This document shows, one piece after another, positions 30,201 through 37,659 of a DNA stretch of 64,000 nt (within the stretch, counting starts at the first letter, position 1; each line of letters starts with the position of its first letter). The notes under the pieces are model-generated. The model made no database searches and had not been told where the DNA came from. It saw only the letters and a list, made by a program, of their open reading frames with translations. The stretch lies in IMG/VR virus record IMGVR_UViG_3300005965_000002, positions 62,001 to 126,000 of that record. The stretch is one strand, 5' to 3'. The position numbers and the translations under genes were made by a program.

Positions 30201-30920
30201 ATCATTGAATAGCTTGCTGATTTCAGCAGGCTGCAGGAACAGGTGTCCGGACTGCATACAGCTACGAAGCATAAAAAGGATAAAGTATCGGTATCTTAGC
30301 GGGTCCTGCGGAGATTTGCCTAGTTTGTGCGCCAGGTAATCGCAAGTGGTGAATCCGAATCCTTCAAAGCTTAAAAGATAGGGATTCTGCTTGATGACTA
30401 ATTCGGCATTGTAGCTATATTTCGATATGATTTTTTCTATTTTGAACTTAGAAAGCCCGAGGCTATGGAGGAATACTTTTACGGATTTTAACTCTTTATT
30501 TTCCTTCCACGCCTCAACAATATTTTCTACTATTTTTTCGCCTATACCCTCGATCTCAGTTAATCTTTCCGGGGTATTTTCAATGATATCTTCTATATCT
30601 TCTTTCTTAAAGTGCTCCGCTATGTCTCGGGCTCTTTCGGGTCCAATCCATTTTGCGATGGACTGTAAGTAGAGATAAATTCCCTGTAGTGAGTTATCGT
30701 GTGCGAAGGTATGGCTGAGAGCTTTGAATGTCATCCCGTATTTAGGGTGATTGAAGAAATCACCATGCACATCTACCATAGCGTTAGGTAGAAGATTTGG
30801 GAAAGAACCGGAAACCGAAATCCTAGCTCCGTCTTTCTGCGCAAGTATAAAAATTTTGAAGTCACCGTCTTGCGATTCAAATTTTATTTTGTTTACTTTT
30901 CCGGTGATAGTTTCCATCAT
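27102..30920 (-). CDS. recD2: RecD2-like SF1B helicase with two inteins
   Basis: HhH repeats, GSPGTGK|T, PTG.SA, TIHR, DETSM, VGD.DQLPSV, RQ, NGDIG, HK|SQG.EY, LLYTAITRAK. Confidence 0.93.
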   Translation of the reverse strand: MMETITGKVNKIKFESQDGDFKIFILAQKDGARISVSGSFPNLLPNAMVDVHGDFFNHPKYGMTFKALSHTFAHDNSLQGIYLYLQSIAKWIGPERARDIAEHFKKEDIEDIIENTPERLTEIEGIGEKIVENIVEAWKENKELKSVKVFLHSLGLSKFKIEKIISKYSYNAELVIKQNPYLLSFEGFGFTTCDYLAHKLGKSPQDPLRYRYFILFMLRSCMQSGHLFLQPAEISKLFNDYNKSSEYPFKNGVVLFSEIEPHIEGLVKDGFIYQDENRYYDINMFFYENESARLLKKIYDKHDECDFGDFNVEEFISEYEKAHHMDLSEDQKESIRSFTKEKVMVITGSPGTGKCLGYGTPVLMYDGTIKEVQDIKTNDVLMGDDSTPRVVLSTATGEEELFEVIPKKGDKYVVNRSHILSLKQSTYAGSGKGKIHDISIDTYFSLAKSFRERLKGYRVPVKFPTKDIPIHPYLLGMWLGNGAIDASRISTPFTEVVEAIDTILRGTEISIKKVSGDNIEYHISRDMDSKAYGELKGKRKPNFFWNYLQESGLTIAKTVPHLYKANSEEIRLNLLAGIIDSDGSYDKRGNCYDIIFKSEKLLNDVVFIARSLGFSAYPKPCKKSFSCFSKGKYYSGEGTYYRATISGNGLCKIPTKVKKKTAEERKQIKDNLVTGIQIKSIGKGKYYGFQISGNGRFVLGDFTVTHNTTIVKALVELMVRKNISFDLLTPTGISAKKLAKTANYDARTIHRQLGYKGDKWDYHALNKYNTKVVIVDETSMVDMEVFFRLVSALFSHTKIVFVGDNDQLPSVGPGTVLKHLISCACFKVIQLRTIFRQEEQSDIIKAAKRIRDGNTDLSLFKRDKHADIWFLREKNMGTIEETIIRFAQHIKDGNKKKKEPTLFQIITPRNNGPLSVETLNVALQSVLNPPADNKKEVSLNRMIIRKGDRVLIKKNNYYLDVFNGDIGKVVLIVEGNIVIDIDEFDGKTKRVEIPMKLADDMLKLAYAISVHKCAPGYNKIFTERGIIPLSDIKKGDIVLTGKNNKKRVISKVHVGKKEVYRITTKSGAFVDSSFEHRHLVANTSGIYFKEAGNIKNGDYLCALRNPQIGHNEGNSLFYKFENTYYNSDYNYDKVISVEKLPEVDMYDIEVEHDNTYVMNGYVTHNSQGLEYPLIILPIVRAHGQRILQRNLLYTAITRAKKKVVVLGQGSAIEQAINNDRIQRRNTLFDERIRGWMNGDGITLQDLYTNPEEYANQENLKQLLSLETGLTSS
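27426..27884 (-). mobile_element. Mini-intein (153 aa) in RecD2 motif V
   Basis: SVHK|CAPGYNKIFT...YVTHN|SQGLEY; no endonuclease. Confidence 0.92.
28800..29858 (-). mobile_element. LAGLIDADG intein (353 aa) in RecD2 Walker A
   Basis: GTGK|CLGYGTPVLM...VTHN|TTIV; LLGMWLGNG and LLAGIIDSDG. Confidence 0.95.
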
Positions 30921-30935
30921 CGCCCTTAATAAGTA

Positions 30936-31244
30936 CTAGTTCAGAGAATCGTTATCTATCCTGGATTTTGGTATCTTTATCTTAATCCCTAAGATCAGCT
31001 TAAAACCCGCTAACGTTATAGATACAAGTGTCAGAAGAGCTGATAAGCAAGCTATAGCAACTACTAAAATAGCAGCTGTATCAGCTACAATCCAAGAAAT
31101 ATCTCTTATTCGTGATCCTTCAGATAGCCCAAAAAGGAAAAATGCTGAAAGGGCTATAGCTGGGATTACTAATAGAAGACCTTTGAAGAAAGAATTCATA
31201 AAAATACCTAAAAGGGGAGTGCTAACCCTCATGGTATGTAGCAC
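30936..31244 (-). CDS. Small membrane protein (two hydrophobic segments)
   Basis: Two long hydrophobic stretches; start may be the downstream MNSFF. Confidence 0.55.
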   Translation of the reverse strand: MLHTMRVSTPLLGIFMNSFFKGLLLVIPAIALSAFFLFGLSEGSRIRDISWIVADTAAILVVAIACLSALLTLVSITLAGFKLILGIKIKIPKSRIDNDSLN

Positions 31245-31265
31245 TCCCCGCCTCAGTTAGTGGTT

Positions 31266-31916
31266 TTAGTTCTGAATGTATTTACGATCAACGCGCACGA
31301 TGATATATTCACCAGGCTTGTACGTGGAGAATTTCATACCCTCACTGAATGCTTTTGCTGCATTAATTTCGAGGATTTCTACCCTGTCGCCCTCCCGTGT
31401 GGCAAACTTCGACGCAAAGTCGTTAGCCATCTCTGGAGTGTCATACAATTTGATGTACTTTTTTGTATGACTGCGTAGGCCTGTCTCCCGCATCCGACCT
31501 GCCAGGTTTTCCAGAGTACCAAAGTAAAGTGTATCAGGGGGTTGGACATACCGAACGATTTTGTACTTGATCTGGTTCTCCCCGTTGATGAGGATCTTCT
31601 GGTCTCTATCCTTGAAAAAGAACTCCACTACATGATTGTCATTGATGTAGTCAAGGTAAGGATGGAGGAAGACAACCACTTCTCTCATAGCCGGGATTGG
31701 TACGAATGCTTCTTGGTTATAAGGAAGCGAGTAGGATCTTCCTTCATTATCAAAAATCTCCAAGGAACCCGCGCAATTTTCACCATCACATTTGTCAGCT
31801 ACGCTCTTCAAAATATCAATAGAGCATAAAAGAGCTGTTTTGAGATCAGCGCTGCTTTTGAAAAGAGTTGGGGGTGACTTCTTAAACGGCGGTTTTTTGT
31901 TGTGATGCGGTATCAT
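31266..31916 (-). CDS. Degenerate RNA 2'-phosphotransferase (Tpt1/KptA)-like protein
   Basis: PPDTLYFGT..GL..KKYIKLY..ILEINA..GMKF..GEYI..V..KYI follows the KptA C-lobe pattern; start MIPHH has a GGAGG RBS. Confidence 0.7.
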   Translation of the reverse strand: MIPHHNKKPPFKKSPPTLFKSSADLKTALLCSIDILKSVADKCDGENCAGSLEIFDNEGRSYSLPYNQEAFVPIPAMREVVVFLHPYLDYINDNHVVEFFFKDRDQKILINGENQIKYKIVRYVQPPDTLYFGTLENLAGRMRETGLRSHTKKYIKLYDTPEMANDFASKFATREGDRVEILEINAAKAFSEGMKFSTYKPGEYIIVRVDRKYIQN

Positions 31917-31941
31917 TAACTTATCCTCCTGTGGTAGTTTA

Positions 31942-32373
31942 TTAGGATTCCGCTTTATTATTAGTATCACTACTAATGTTGGTTTCTTCTTCTTCTATTT
32001 CTTCTTCTTTTAGGGCTTCAGAGATATCAGATTCGGATAAAAGGACTTCTCTTTTAAGCAAACCAAATATCGTGGTATTTAGAAAACTGTTAACTACTCG
32101 GGTCTCTGTAAGAAGGTGCTGAATCATCTGGTTGATAGGAGATTCCTGATCCTTTAAAATATTCCTTACATTAGCCTTATCCCCATTAGCTAAACCAGAT
32201 AAAACTGTAGAGATATGCTCCATTGCTCGTACATTGAAGGAAATTTTCTTCTGAATAAAACCTTTCAGGTCTCGATTAATACCTTCCATGGAAAATGTAT
32301 AAGCTACTTCTTCTAACCGGCTATTATTCATTTCTTGATACTCTTGGAATTTCTTTTTGAGATCATCATTCAT
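31942..32373 (-). CDS. Hypothetical protein
   Basis: First ORF of the leftward block. Confidence 0.55.
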   Translation of the reverse strand: MNDDLKKKFQEYQEMNNSRLEEVAYTFSMEGINRDLKGFIQKKISFNVRAMEHISTVLSGLANGDKANVRNILKDQESPINQMIQHLLTETRVVNSFLNTTIFGLLKREVLLSESDISEALKEEEIEEEETNISSDTNNKAES

Positions 32374-32797
32374 ATTTTTAATCCTTAGGTGCAGTGATCA
32401 ACACTATGAATATACTGGTTTGCTCATTCTTTTTAAAGCGAATAAATGACATTTTTTGAGAAAATAAGAATATTTACTATTTTATAAACTGTATACTCGT
32501 TATTAATTATGACTTTTACCTTACCTAATAATTTACCAGAACCCAATATACTTTTTTAAATCATTACCTTACATATACTTTTTTAAAATTCAAAAAATAA
32601 AACCTATATATTAGTAATTATATTAATAATTACTCTTCTATTGTGTTTCCTCGAAGAGGAAATACAGTAGTAGCTATAAGAAATAAAGCTTAAACAGATG
32701 GCGACAAAAAATTAGAAAAAAGTTAGTAATGAGTAGATCTTACTTTAATTATGAAAATTTGATAAGTATATTGGAATAGATGTAAAGAAATCCAGGA
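32374..32797. promoter_or_regulatory. AT-rich divergent intergenic region at the strand switch (promoters, possible origin)
   Basis: Genes diverge here. Two ATATACTTTTTTAAA repeats, inverted repeat 32613-32634, hairpin 32638-32670, TTTGATAAGTATATTG at 32758. Confidence 0.6.
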
Positions 32798-33483
32798 GTG
32801 AATATGGGTCCTATTATAGTTATATCTGCTGATAAACTATCTCAATCAATGTTTTGTTCTTATTTATCCCAGATTTCCCTTATAGGGAAGGAAGTGGTAG
32901 TTAGAGATATAAATCTACTCTACTCCCCTGATGTTCAAGAGCAGATGATTGATGAATTTCTTACTCAGTTAGATAAAAGCCAACTATTGGTTGTTAAGTA
33001 TAAGATCAAAATAAATACTGATATGGATAAATTTAAGCTGCCGCCTAAAATACAGGATGCAGCATCTTATATTGTATTATTCGACATGTACTCCACCCAC
33101 CCTGAAGTATTAAAGGATACTCAGCAGTTTCCTAAGATACTTGATCGCTGGGAGGATTATATAAAAGGGCTCTCTTAGAGAGCTAACCCTCGTTTGAGAG
33201 AAGGTGAGCAAGGAGATAAGCAGCGGGATCGAGGCAGATTGACCGTGGTGGCTCCTGAAAATGCAAACCGGGCGGCTTATGAGGATTTTTAAAGGTCTTT
33301 TTAGGAAAAGGCCCCCTGCCGAAAGGCTGAGGAATTCTGCCAATAACTTACAGCCCGTAAATGCACGCGAAGCTGAGTGAGGCCCTGCCAGAAAGAAGCT
33401 TATAAATATCAAGCACTTAGGCAGGAAATAATACCAACTAAAGCCAAAACAGTAGTAGCCATCAGAAACAAAGCTTAAACAGA
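32664..33483 (+). repeat. 35-bp imperfect direct repeat (32664-32698 and 33449-33483)
   Basis: ACAGTAGTAGCTATAAGAAATAAAGCTTAAACAGA vs ACAGTAGTAGCCATCAGAAACAAAGCTTAAACAGA; 3 mismatches. Confidence 0.9.
32798..33178 (+). CDS. Hypothetical protein
   Basis: AGGAG RBS and promoter-like motif upstream. Confidence 0.6.
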   Translation: MNMGPIIVISADKLSQSMFCSYLSQISLIGKEVVVRDINLLYSPDVQEQMIDEFLTQLDKSQLLVVKYKIKINTDMDKFKLPPKIQDAASYIVLFDMYSTHPEVLKDTQQFPKILDRWEDYIKGLS

Positions 33484-33520
33484 AGAAACTCTGTTTCGGC
33501 GGGGTGCGTTAATCCCCTCG
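33169..33520 (+). ncRNA. Candidate structured non-coding RNA
   Basis: GC-elevated intergenic segment with many stems, including GCC-GAAA-GGC; family not recognised. Confidence 0.35.
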
Positions 33521-33549
33521 ACAAAAATTTTAGGTGAGGAATGTAACTC

Positions 33550-34563
33550 ATGTATTTCAAAGCCATTAAAGGCCATGGGGAAAATATTGCCCTGTTTAAA
33601 AAATGGGTGGTAGAAAACTCATTTGAAGGTGTTTATCTTTTTACAGGACCTAAAGGGGTAGGGAAATTTACAACGGCTCGCCAGCTCTGTAAATACATCC
33701 TGTGTACCGGAGTAAAAGATGATACCTGTCGCTGTGGAAGCTGTAAAATTTTTCCAGGCACCCCTGATTATCTGGAGATTAGTAAGGGTGGAGGAGAAAC
33801 TATTAAAGTTGCTGACGCAGAAAGCATAGACAATTTTACTAGTCTTCTTCCTTATAAAAGTAGAAAAAGGGTTGTGTTGATTGATGATGCAGAGAATCTA
33901 AACGTAAAAGCGGCTAATCGTCTACTAAAGGTGTTAGAAGATATAAAGAGCCATATGATTGTCATTTTGGTTTCTAGTAACCCGCATCTAATTCTCCCAA
34001 CTATTAAATCACGCACAACAGAAATTCCTTTCAGTCGCTTATCTGTGGAGGAATCTTTAGAGGTATTGAAGGATAGGGGCATGTCCGTTGGAAAAATTAA
34101 AGATATGTCCAAGGCTATACCATATTTGAGGGAAAGCATGCCTCGGGCAGGTCTTAAGTACTATGAGTATTATAAGTATGTACCCTCCTTCCTGGAGCTA
34201 ATGGTTTCTTCCAGTGAAGACGAAGTCTTGAGTGCTATTAAGAGTATAGAAGAAAATGAAAACATTTCTTATTTTGCCGAAATGTTAGTTGAGTACCTAT
34301 CTGACATGCTAAGGATAATGTACGATGCCGAGAACAACATACATTTTGATGCAAAGTTTAAGGAAATAGAGAAATTGACATTTTCTTGGAACGACGATCT
34401 ATGTATAGCATTTGCTAACCGCCTGCGAAACGCAATATCTGATTATGATCGAGGAATAAATTTGAAGTTGTATAATAGAGTACGCACAGCAGTATCCTGG
34501 GTTTACATTCTTCTCCAGAATCATTTGGGTAGGAAACAAAGTAAAGCCAAGGTTGCTCCATAG
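33550..34563 (+). CDS. holB: Clamp loader delta-prime subunit
   Basis: GPKGVGK, C-rich Zn module, IDDAENLN..AANRLLK.LE, LPTIKSR. Confidence 0.88.
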   Translation: MYFKAIKGHGENIALFKKWVVENSFEGVYLFTGPKGVGKFTTARQLCKYILCTGVKDDTCRCGSCKIFPGTPDYLEISKGGGETIKVADAESIDNFTSLLPYKSRKRVVLIDDAENLNVKAANRLLKVLEDIKSHMIVILVSSNPHLILPTIKSRTTEIPFSRLSVEESLEVLKDRGMSVGKIKDMSKAIPYLRESMPRAGLKYYEYYKYVPSFLELMVSSSEDEVLSAIKSIEENENISYFAEMLVEYLSDMLRIMYDAENNIHFDAKFKEIEKLTFSWNDDLCIAFANRLRNAISDYDRGINLKLYNRVRTAVSWVYILLQNHLGRKQSKAKVAP

Positions 34564-34571
34564 AGGAAATA

Positions 34572-35480
34572 ATGCCTAATAAGTATTTGATTACTGCTAA
34601 AGATTCATATTTTGCTCGTGAAAAAATTTTTCAGATAGCTGAAAAACACGATATACCGGATCCAAAAATTTTTGTAGAGCACAAGGACTTCATAGAGGAA
34701 GCCTACCAGGGTGACCTTTTTAATGATAGTCAAAAAGCCCTGGCTTTAATACCTCTTACAACAGAATCCCTGCCCCACATACTTAGTCTTTGTAACCAGA
34801 CTACTTCTGATGTTCTAATTCTAGTAGATTACGGTGGTCTATCCAAGAATCGAAACTACACAAAGATCAAAGCTCTTTGTGAGATTGTCCCGGTTAAAAA
34901 GTTTAGTGATAAAGAATCGGTTTCCTGGACAGCGGCTACCCTTAAAAACCACGCCTTTTCTTATGAGCCGGGCGTACCCGAGTTAGTAGCTGCTTATAAA
35001 GGACCTGATGCTCAAGGTATAATGAATGAGATAAAAAAGTTGGATTTGTATTTAGACGATAAAAAAGTTACAAAAAAAGTTTGTAAAACAATCATTTCCC
35101 GTGTAGGAGAGGGTAAAATGTTTGATTTTACAGAGCACTTCTTTAGAAAGCACAAAAAGGAAGTTATTGAGGAGTTTAATTCATTTTCAGAATCTTCATA
35201 TATAGGTTTGGTGCATCTACTGATTTCTCAGTGTGACCGGATATATAAGGTAGCTGTTTATAGAGAGCAAAAGATGTCAGCGGAAGAAATAGCAGAACTG
35301 ATAGGTATACCCCCTTTTATCATAAAGACTAAGATTTTTACAGCGCTGAATGTTTTTAATAAGGTAAAATTATTAAAGTTAATGGATATGTTTAATGAGC
35401 TAGATAAGCTCTTAAGATCATCTCCATATAATAAGAGATTGATGTTCGAGTCCTTTTTGCTGAAATCCTTTAACTTGTAA
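34572..35480 (+). CDS. holA: Clamp loader delta subunit
   Basis: NEIKKLDLY, FDF, GIPPFIIK, L.ELDKLLRS pattern of HolA. Confidence 0.78.
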   Translation: MPNKYLITAKDSYFAREKIFQIAEKHDIPDPKIFVEHKDFIEEAYQGDLFNDSQKALALIPLTTESLPHILSLCNQTTSDVLILVDYGGLSKNRNYTKIKALCEIVPVKKFSDKESVSWTAATLKNHAFSYEPGVPELVAAYKGPDAQGIMNEIKKLDLYLDDKKVTKKVCKTIISRVGEGKMFDFTEHFFRKHKKEVIEEFNSFSESSYIGLVHLLISQCDRIYKVAVYREQKMSAEEIAELIGIPPFIIKTKIFTALNVFNKVKLLKLMDMFNELDKLLRSSPYNKRLMFESFLLKSFNL

Positions 35481-35551
35481 TAATCTTTTTATTATTAAGG
35501 TAAAGCGGAGACTACAGTGACTGTAAGAAGCATAAAAAAAGGGTATGCCGG

Positions 35552-35872
35552 ATGAAAACGGGTGATCGTGGGGTTATAATAGAGATGGATCTGGACCAAC
35601 AAAGGTTAAAAGAATTGGTTAGTGAAGCTCTTAGGATAATTTACGAATTTATAGAAGGTGAGTATGTATACACAAAAGAAGATATAATGGGACAACTTGA
35701 AAGAATTTTGTCCACGAACCGTGTATCAGTTCCTTTTGTTTTAAATATAGGAAGTAAAAAAATTCCTGACTTGGAGCTTAAAGTAGAGCCTAGGCGAAAA
35801 AGATTGCTCTGCCACACTAAGTTTAGAAAAAAGATAGCTGTAGTTAATCAGATTTTAAGGACAATGAAATGA
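35552..35872 (+). CDS. Hypothetical protein
   Basis: ORF downstream of a copy of the late-type motif. Confidence 0.5.
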   Translation: MKTGDRGVIIEMDLDQQRLKELVSEALRIIYEFIEGEYVYTKEDIMGQLERILSTNRVSVPFVLNIGSKKIPDLELKVEPRRKRLLCHTKFRKKIAVVNQILRTMK

Positions 35873-36351
35873 TAGCCGAACCTTTATTTATTAGGTTTGT
35901 GAATGGTAAGATATCATCTCCAGGTATTATCGAATCCTTTAGGAATAATGCTGTAAATGATAAGACAAGAGATATAATAGAAGCAGCTACTGCTTCCCCT
36001 CCTAATTTAAGCGTTTTTAGAAAAGATTTTAGGAATTTATTAACAGATGTTATTGATAAAGGTATTACCCAGGATTTCATTAACTACGTAAATAGCTATA
36101 TGAAGCCCTCCATTGAGGAATATGTGCAGGGTTCGAGTGGTGGAAGGGCTGGTGAAAATAGGACGATAGGCATAAAGGATGAGGACACACCTTGGGTAGA
36201 GGCGGTAGTCTGTTATAATTTGTGCCTCTACATAAAAGTTGAGGGGATTGAGAAGATTAAACAGTGTGCTGTATGTAAAAAATTTTTCTGCCATAAAACT
36301 AAGTATGCCAAGTATTGTAATGATTCATGTAAGAGTAGAGGTAGAGAATGA
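35869..36351 (+). CDS. Protein with C-terminal CGNR-like Zn finger
   Basis: IKQCAVCKKFF..AKYCNDSC. Confidence 0.6.
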   Translation: MIAEPLFIRFVNGKISSPGIIESFRNNAVNDKTRDIIEAATASPPNLSVFRKDFRNLLTDVIDKGITQDFINYVNSYMKPSIEEYVQGSSGGRAGENRTIGIKDEDTPWVEAVVCYNLCLYIKVEGIEKIKQCAVCKKFFCHKTKYAKYCNDSCKSRGRE

Positions 36352-36872
36352 GGAAGAACCTCGTATTAGCTTTTGGCTTGCAGAATACTTACATGCATCA
36401 GGATGGCGCTATATCTTTAGGAGATAAAGCAGAAGTTTATAGATTCAGGATTAAAGATTATATACAGTCTTTAAATCAGGAAGTGAATAAGTTATACTTA
36501 TTAAGAGAAGTACACGCTCCTAATGATACTTTTTTCTGCCGCGACCGTACTCATTCTTTAGTCGGGAGTAAAGATGTAGAGGTCCCTGAAGTATTTAAAT
36601 CATATTTTAAATTTATCATCAATACGACACGATATAACGCTTTATATAAGACACCATTAGAATCAGAGATATTTAAAATTGACCCGGAAAAAATAGTATT
36701 GATAGGATTTGAAACCCATACTAATATCCTTTTTACTGCTGAGGAGTTAAGAAATAGAGGATATAATGTAACGGTAATTGAGCCTCTAGCAGCATCCAGA
36801 GATTTGACCTTGCATGCCTCAGCGATATCTCTATTAAGTGACACACTGTCTGTTTCTATTAGTCAGGAGTAA
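36348..36872 (+). CDS. Isochorismatase/nicotinamidase-fold protein lacking the catalytic triad
   Basis: LQNTY..DGAI, E.H, H..VGS, RYNALYKT.LE, GFET..IL.TA..RGY.V.V. Asp, Lys and Cys are replaced by Gly, Thr and Asn. Confidence 0.8.
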   Translation: MRKNLVLAFGLQNTYMHQDGAISLGDKAEVYRFRIKDYIQSLNQEVNKLYLLREVHAPNDTFFCRDRTHSLVGSKDVEVPEVFKSYFKFIINTTRYNALYKTPLESEIFKIDPEKIVLIGFETHTNILFTAEELRNRGYNVTVIEPLAASRDLTLHASAISLLSDTLSVSISQE

Positions 36873-36875
36873 GTT

Positions 36876-37193
36876 ATGGTAGCAATATTTCAGTACAAAA
36901 TACAGTGTCCCTATTGCGATACAGAAATATCTTTAGTTGCGGAAGAATCGAATCCAATAATTTTTCCCTGCAAAGGATGTAGCAATCATATTGTAATAGA
37001 GGGTAATATCGTGTACAATGTTCCATCTAATGTAGCACAGAGAGTAATGAAAAGGGTTAAAGTCAAACAGTGTGGCCAGGTAGTGAAGTCAAAACTTAAC
37101 CCTAAACATGTCATAACTCAGAAAGAGATAGATGACTTGCACGAAATGCTTGAAAATAATAGTACTATAGAGGATTTTTTAAAACAACTTTAA
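36876..37193 (+). CDS. Zn-ribbon protein
   Basis: CPYC..CKGC. Confidence 0.6.
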   Translation: MVAIFQYKIQCPYCDTEISLVAEESNPIIFPCKGCSNHIVIEGNIVYNVPSNVAQRVMKRVKVKQCGQVVKSKLNPKHVITQKEIDDLHEMLENNSTIEDFLKQL

Positions 37194-37206
37194 AAAATAG
37201 TACATA

Positions 37207-37659
37207 ATGTATATATTAAGGTATATGGAAGATAAAGAACTTGACGGAAAACTGGTATACCTTACAATCCATTTTGAAAATTGGTTAAAACAGGTAAATC
37301 CTGCATTTAACGTCCCTATGGCTAATAGGTTAGCTAAGGTGATTAAAGTCTTCGATTGGGATACAGAAGAGGGTCAGATACTGCTAGCCGAGAGGGAAAA
37401 GACTGGTAAGTGGAAAAATCTAGATCCCAAAGACTTTAAATTTGTCCTTAAGGTATACTACCCCGAATTAGTCTTAAAAGGCAAAGTCAGAGGCTTCTCC
37501 GCCCAGGAGCTTGCTTGTAGGTATTACCCGGGCAAGGATATAACTATGTTTGAGCCGCTGCCAGATTCCCTAGTAAAAGAATTAGTGCGACAAGAAAAAA
37601 ACATACTGAAGGTAGAAAAAAGAAATGTATCTGGATCCGTTCGTAAGAAGAGCAAATGA
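37207..37659 (+). CDS. Hypothetical protein
   Basis: ORF in operon; start may be the downstream MEDKE. Confidence 0.55.
   Translation: MYILRYMEDKELDGKLVYLTIHFENWLKQVNPAFNVPMANRLAKVIKVFDWDTEEGQILLAEREKTGKWKNLDPKDFKFVLKVYYPELVLKGKVRGFSAQELACRYYPGKDITMFEPLPDSLVKELVRQEKNILKVEKRNVSGSVRKKSK

Noticed and set aside
30936-31244. Holin call
   Set aside because: Only hydrophobicity supports it; it is far from the amidase and inside a replication operon.
32798-33178. A fourth pseudoenzyme (degenerate P-loop/RecA-like fold)
   Set aside because: The resemblance (IIVISAD..SQS; AASYIVLF..VLK) is too weak to support by eye.
33169-33520. tmRNA or RNase P RNA call
   Set aside because: No GGGG-start/CCA acceptor stem or TTCRA T-loop, and no GAGGAAAGTCC P4 motif. 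Kept only as an unknown RNA candidate.
36348-36872. Calling this an active pncA that completes the NAD salvage pathway
   Set aside because: The catalytic Asp, Lys and Cys are all substituted.
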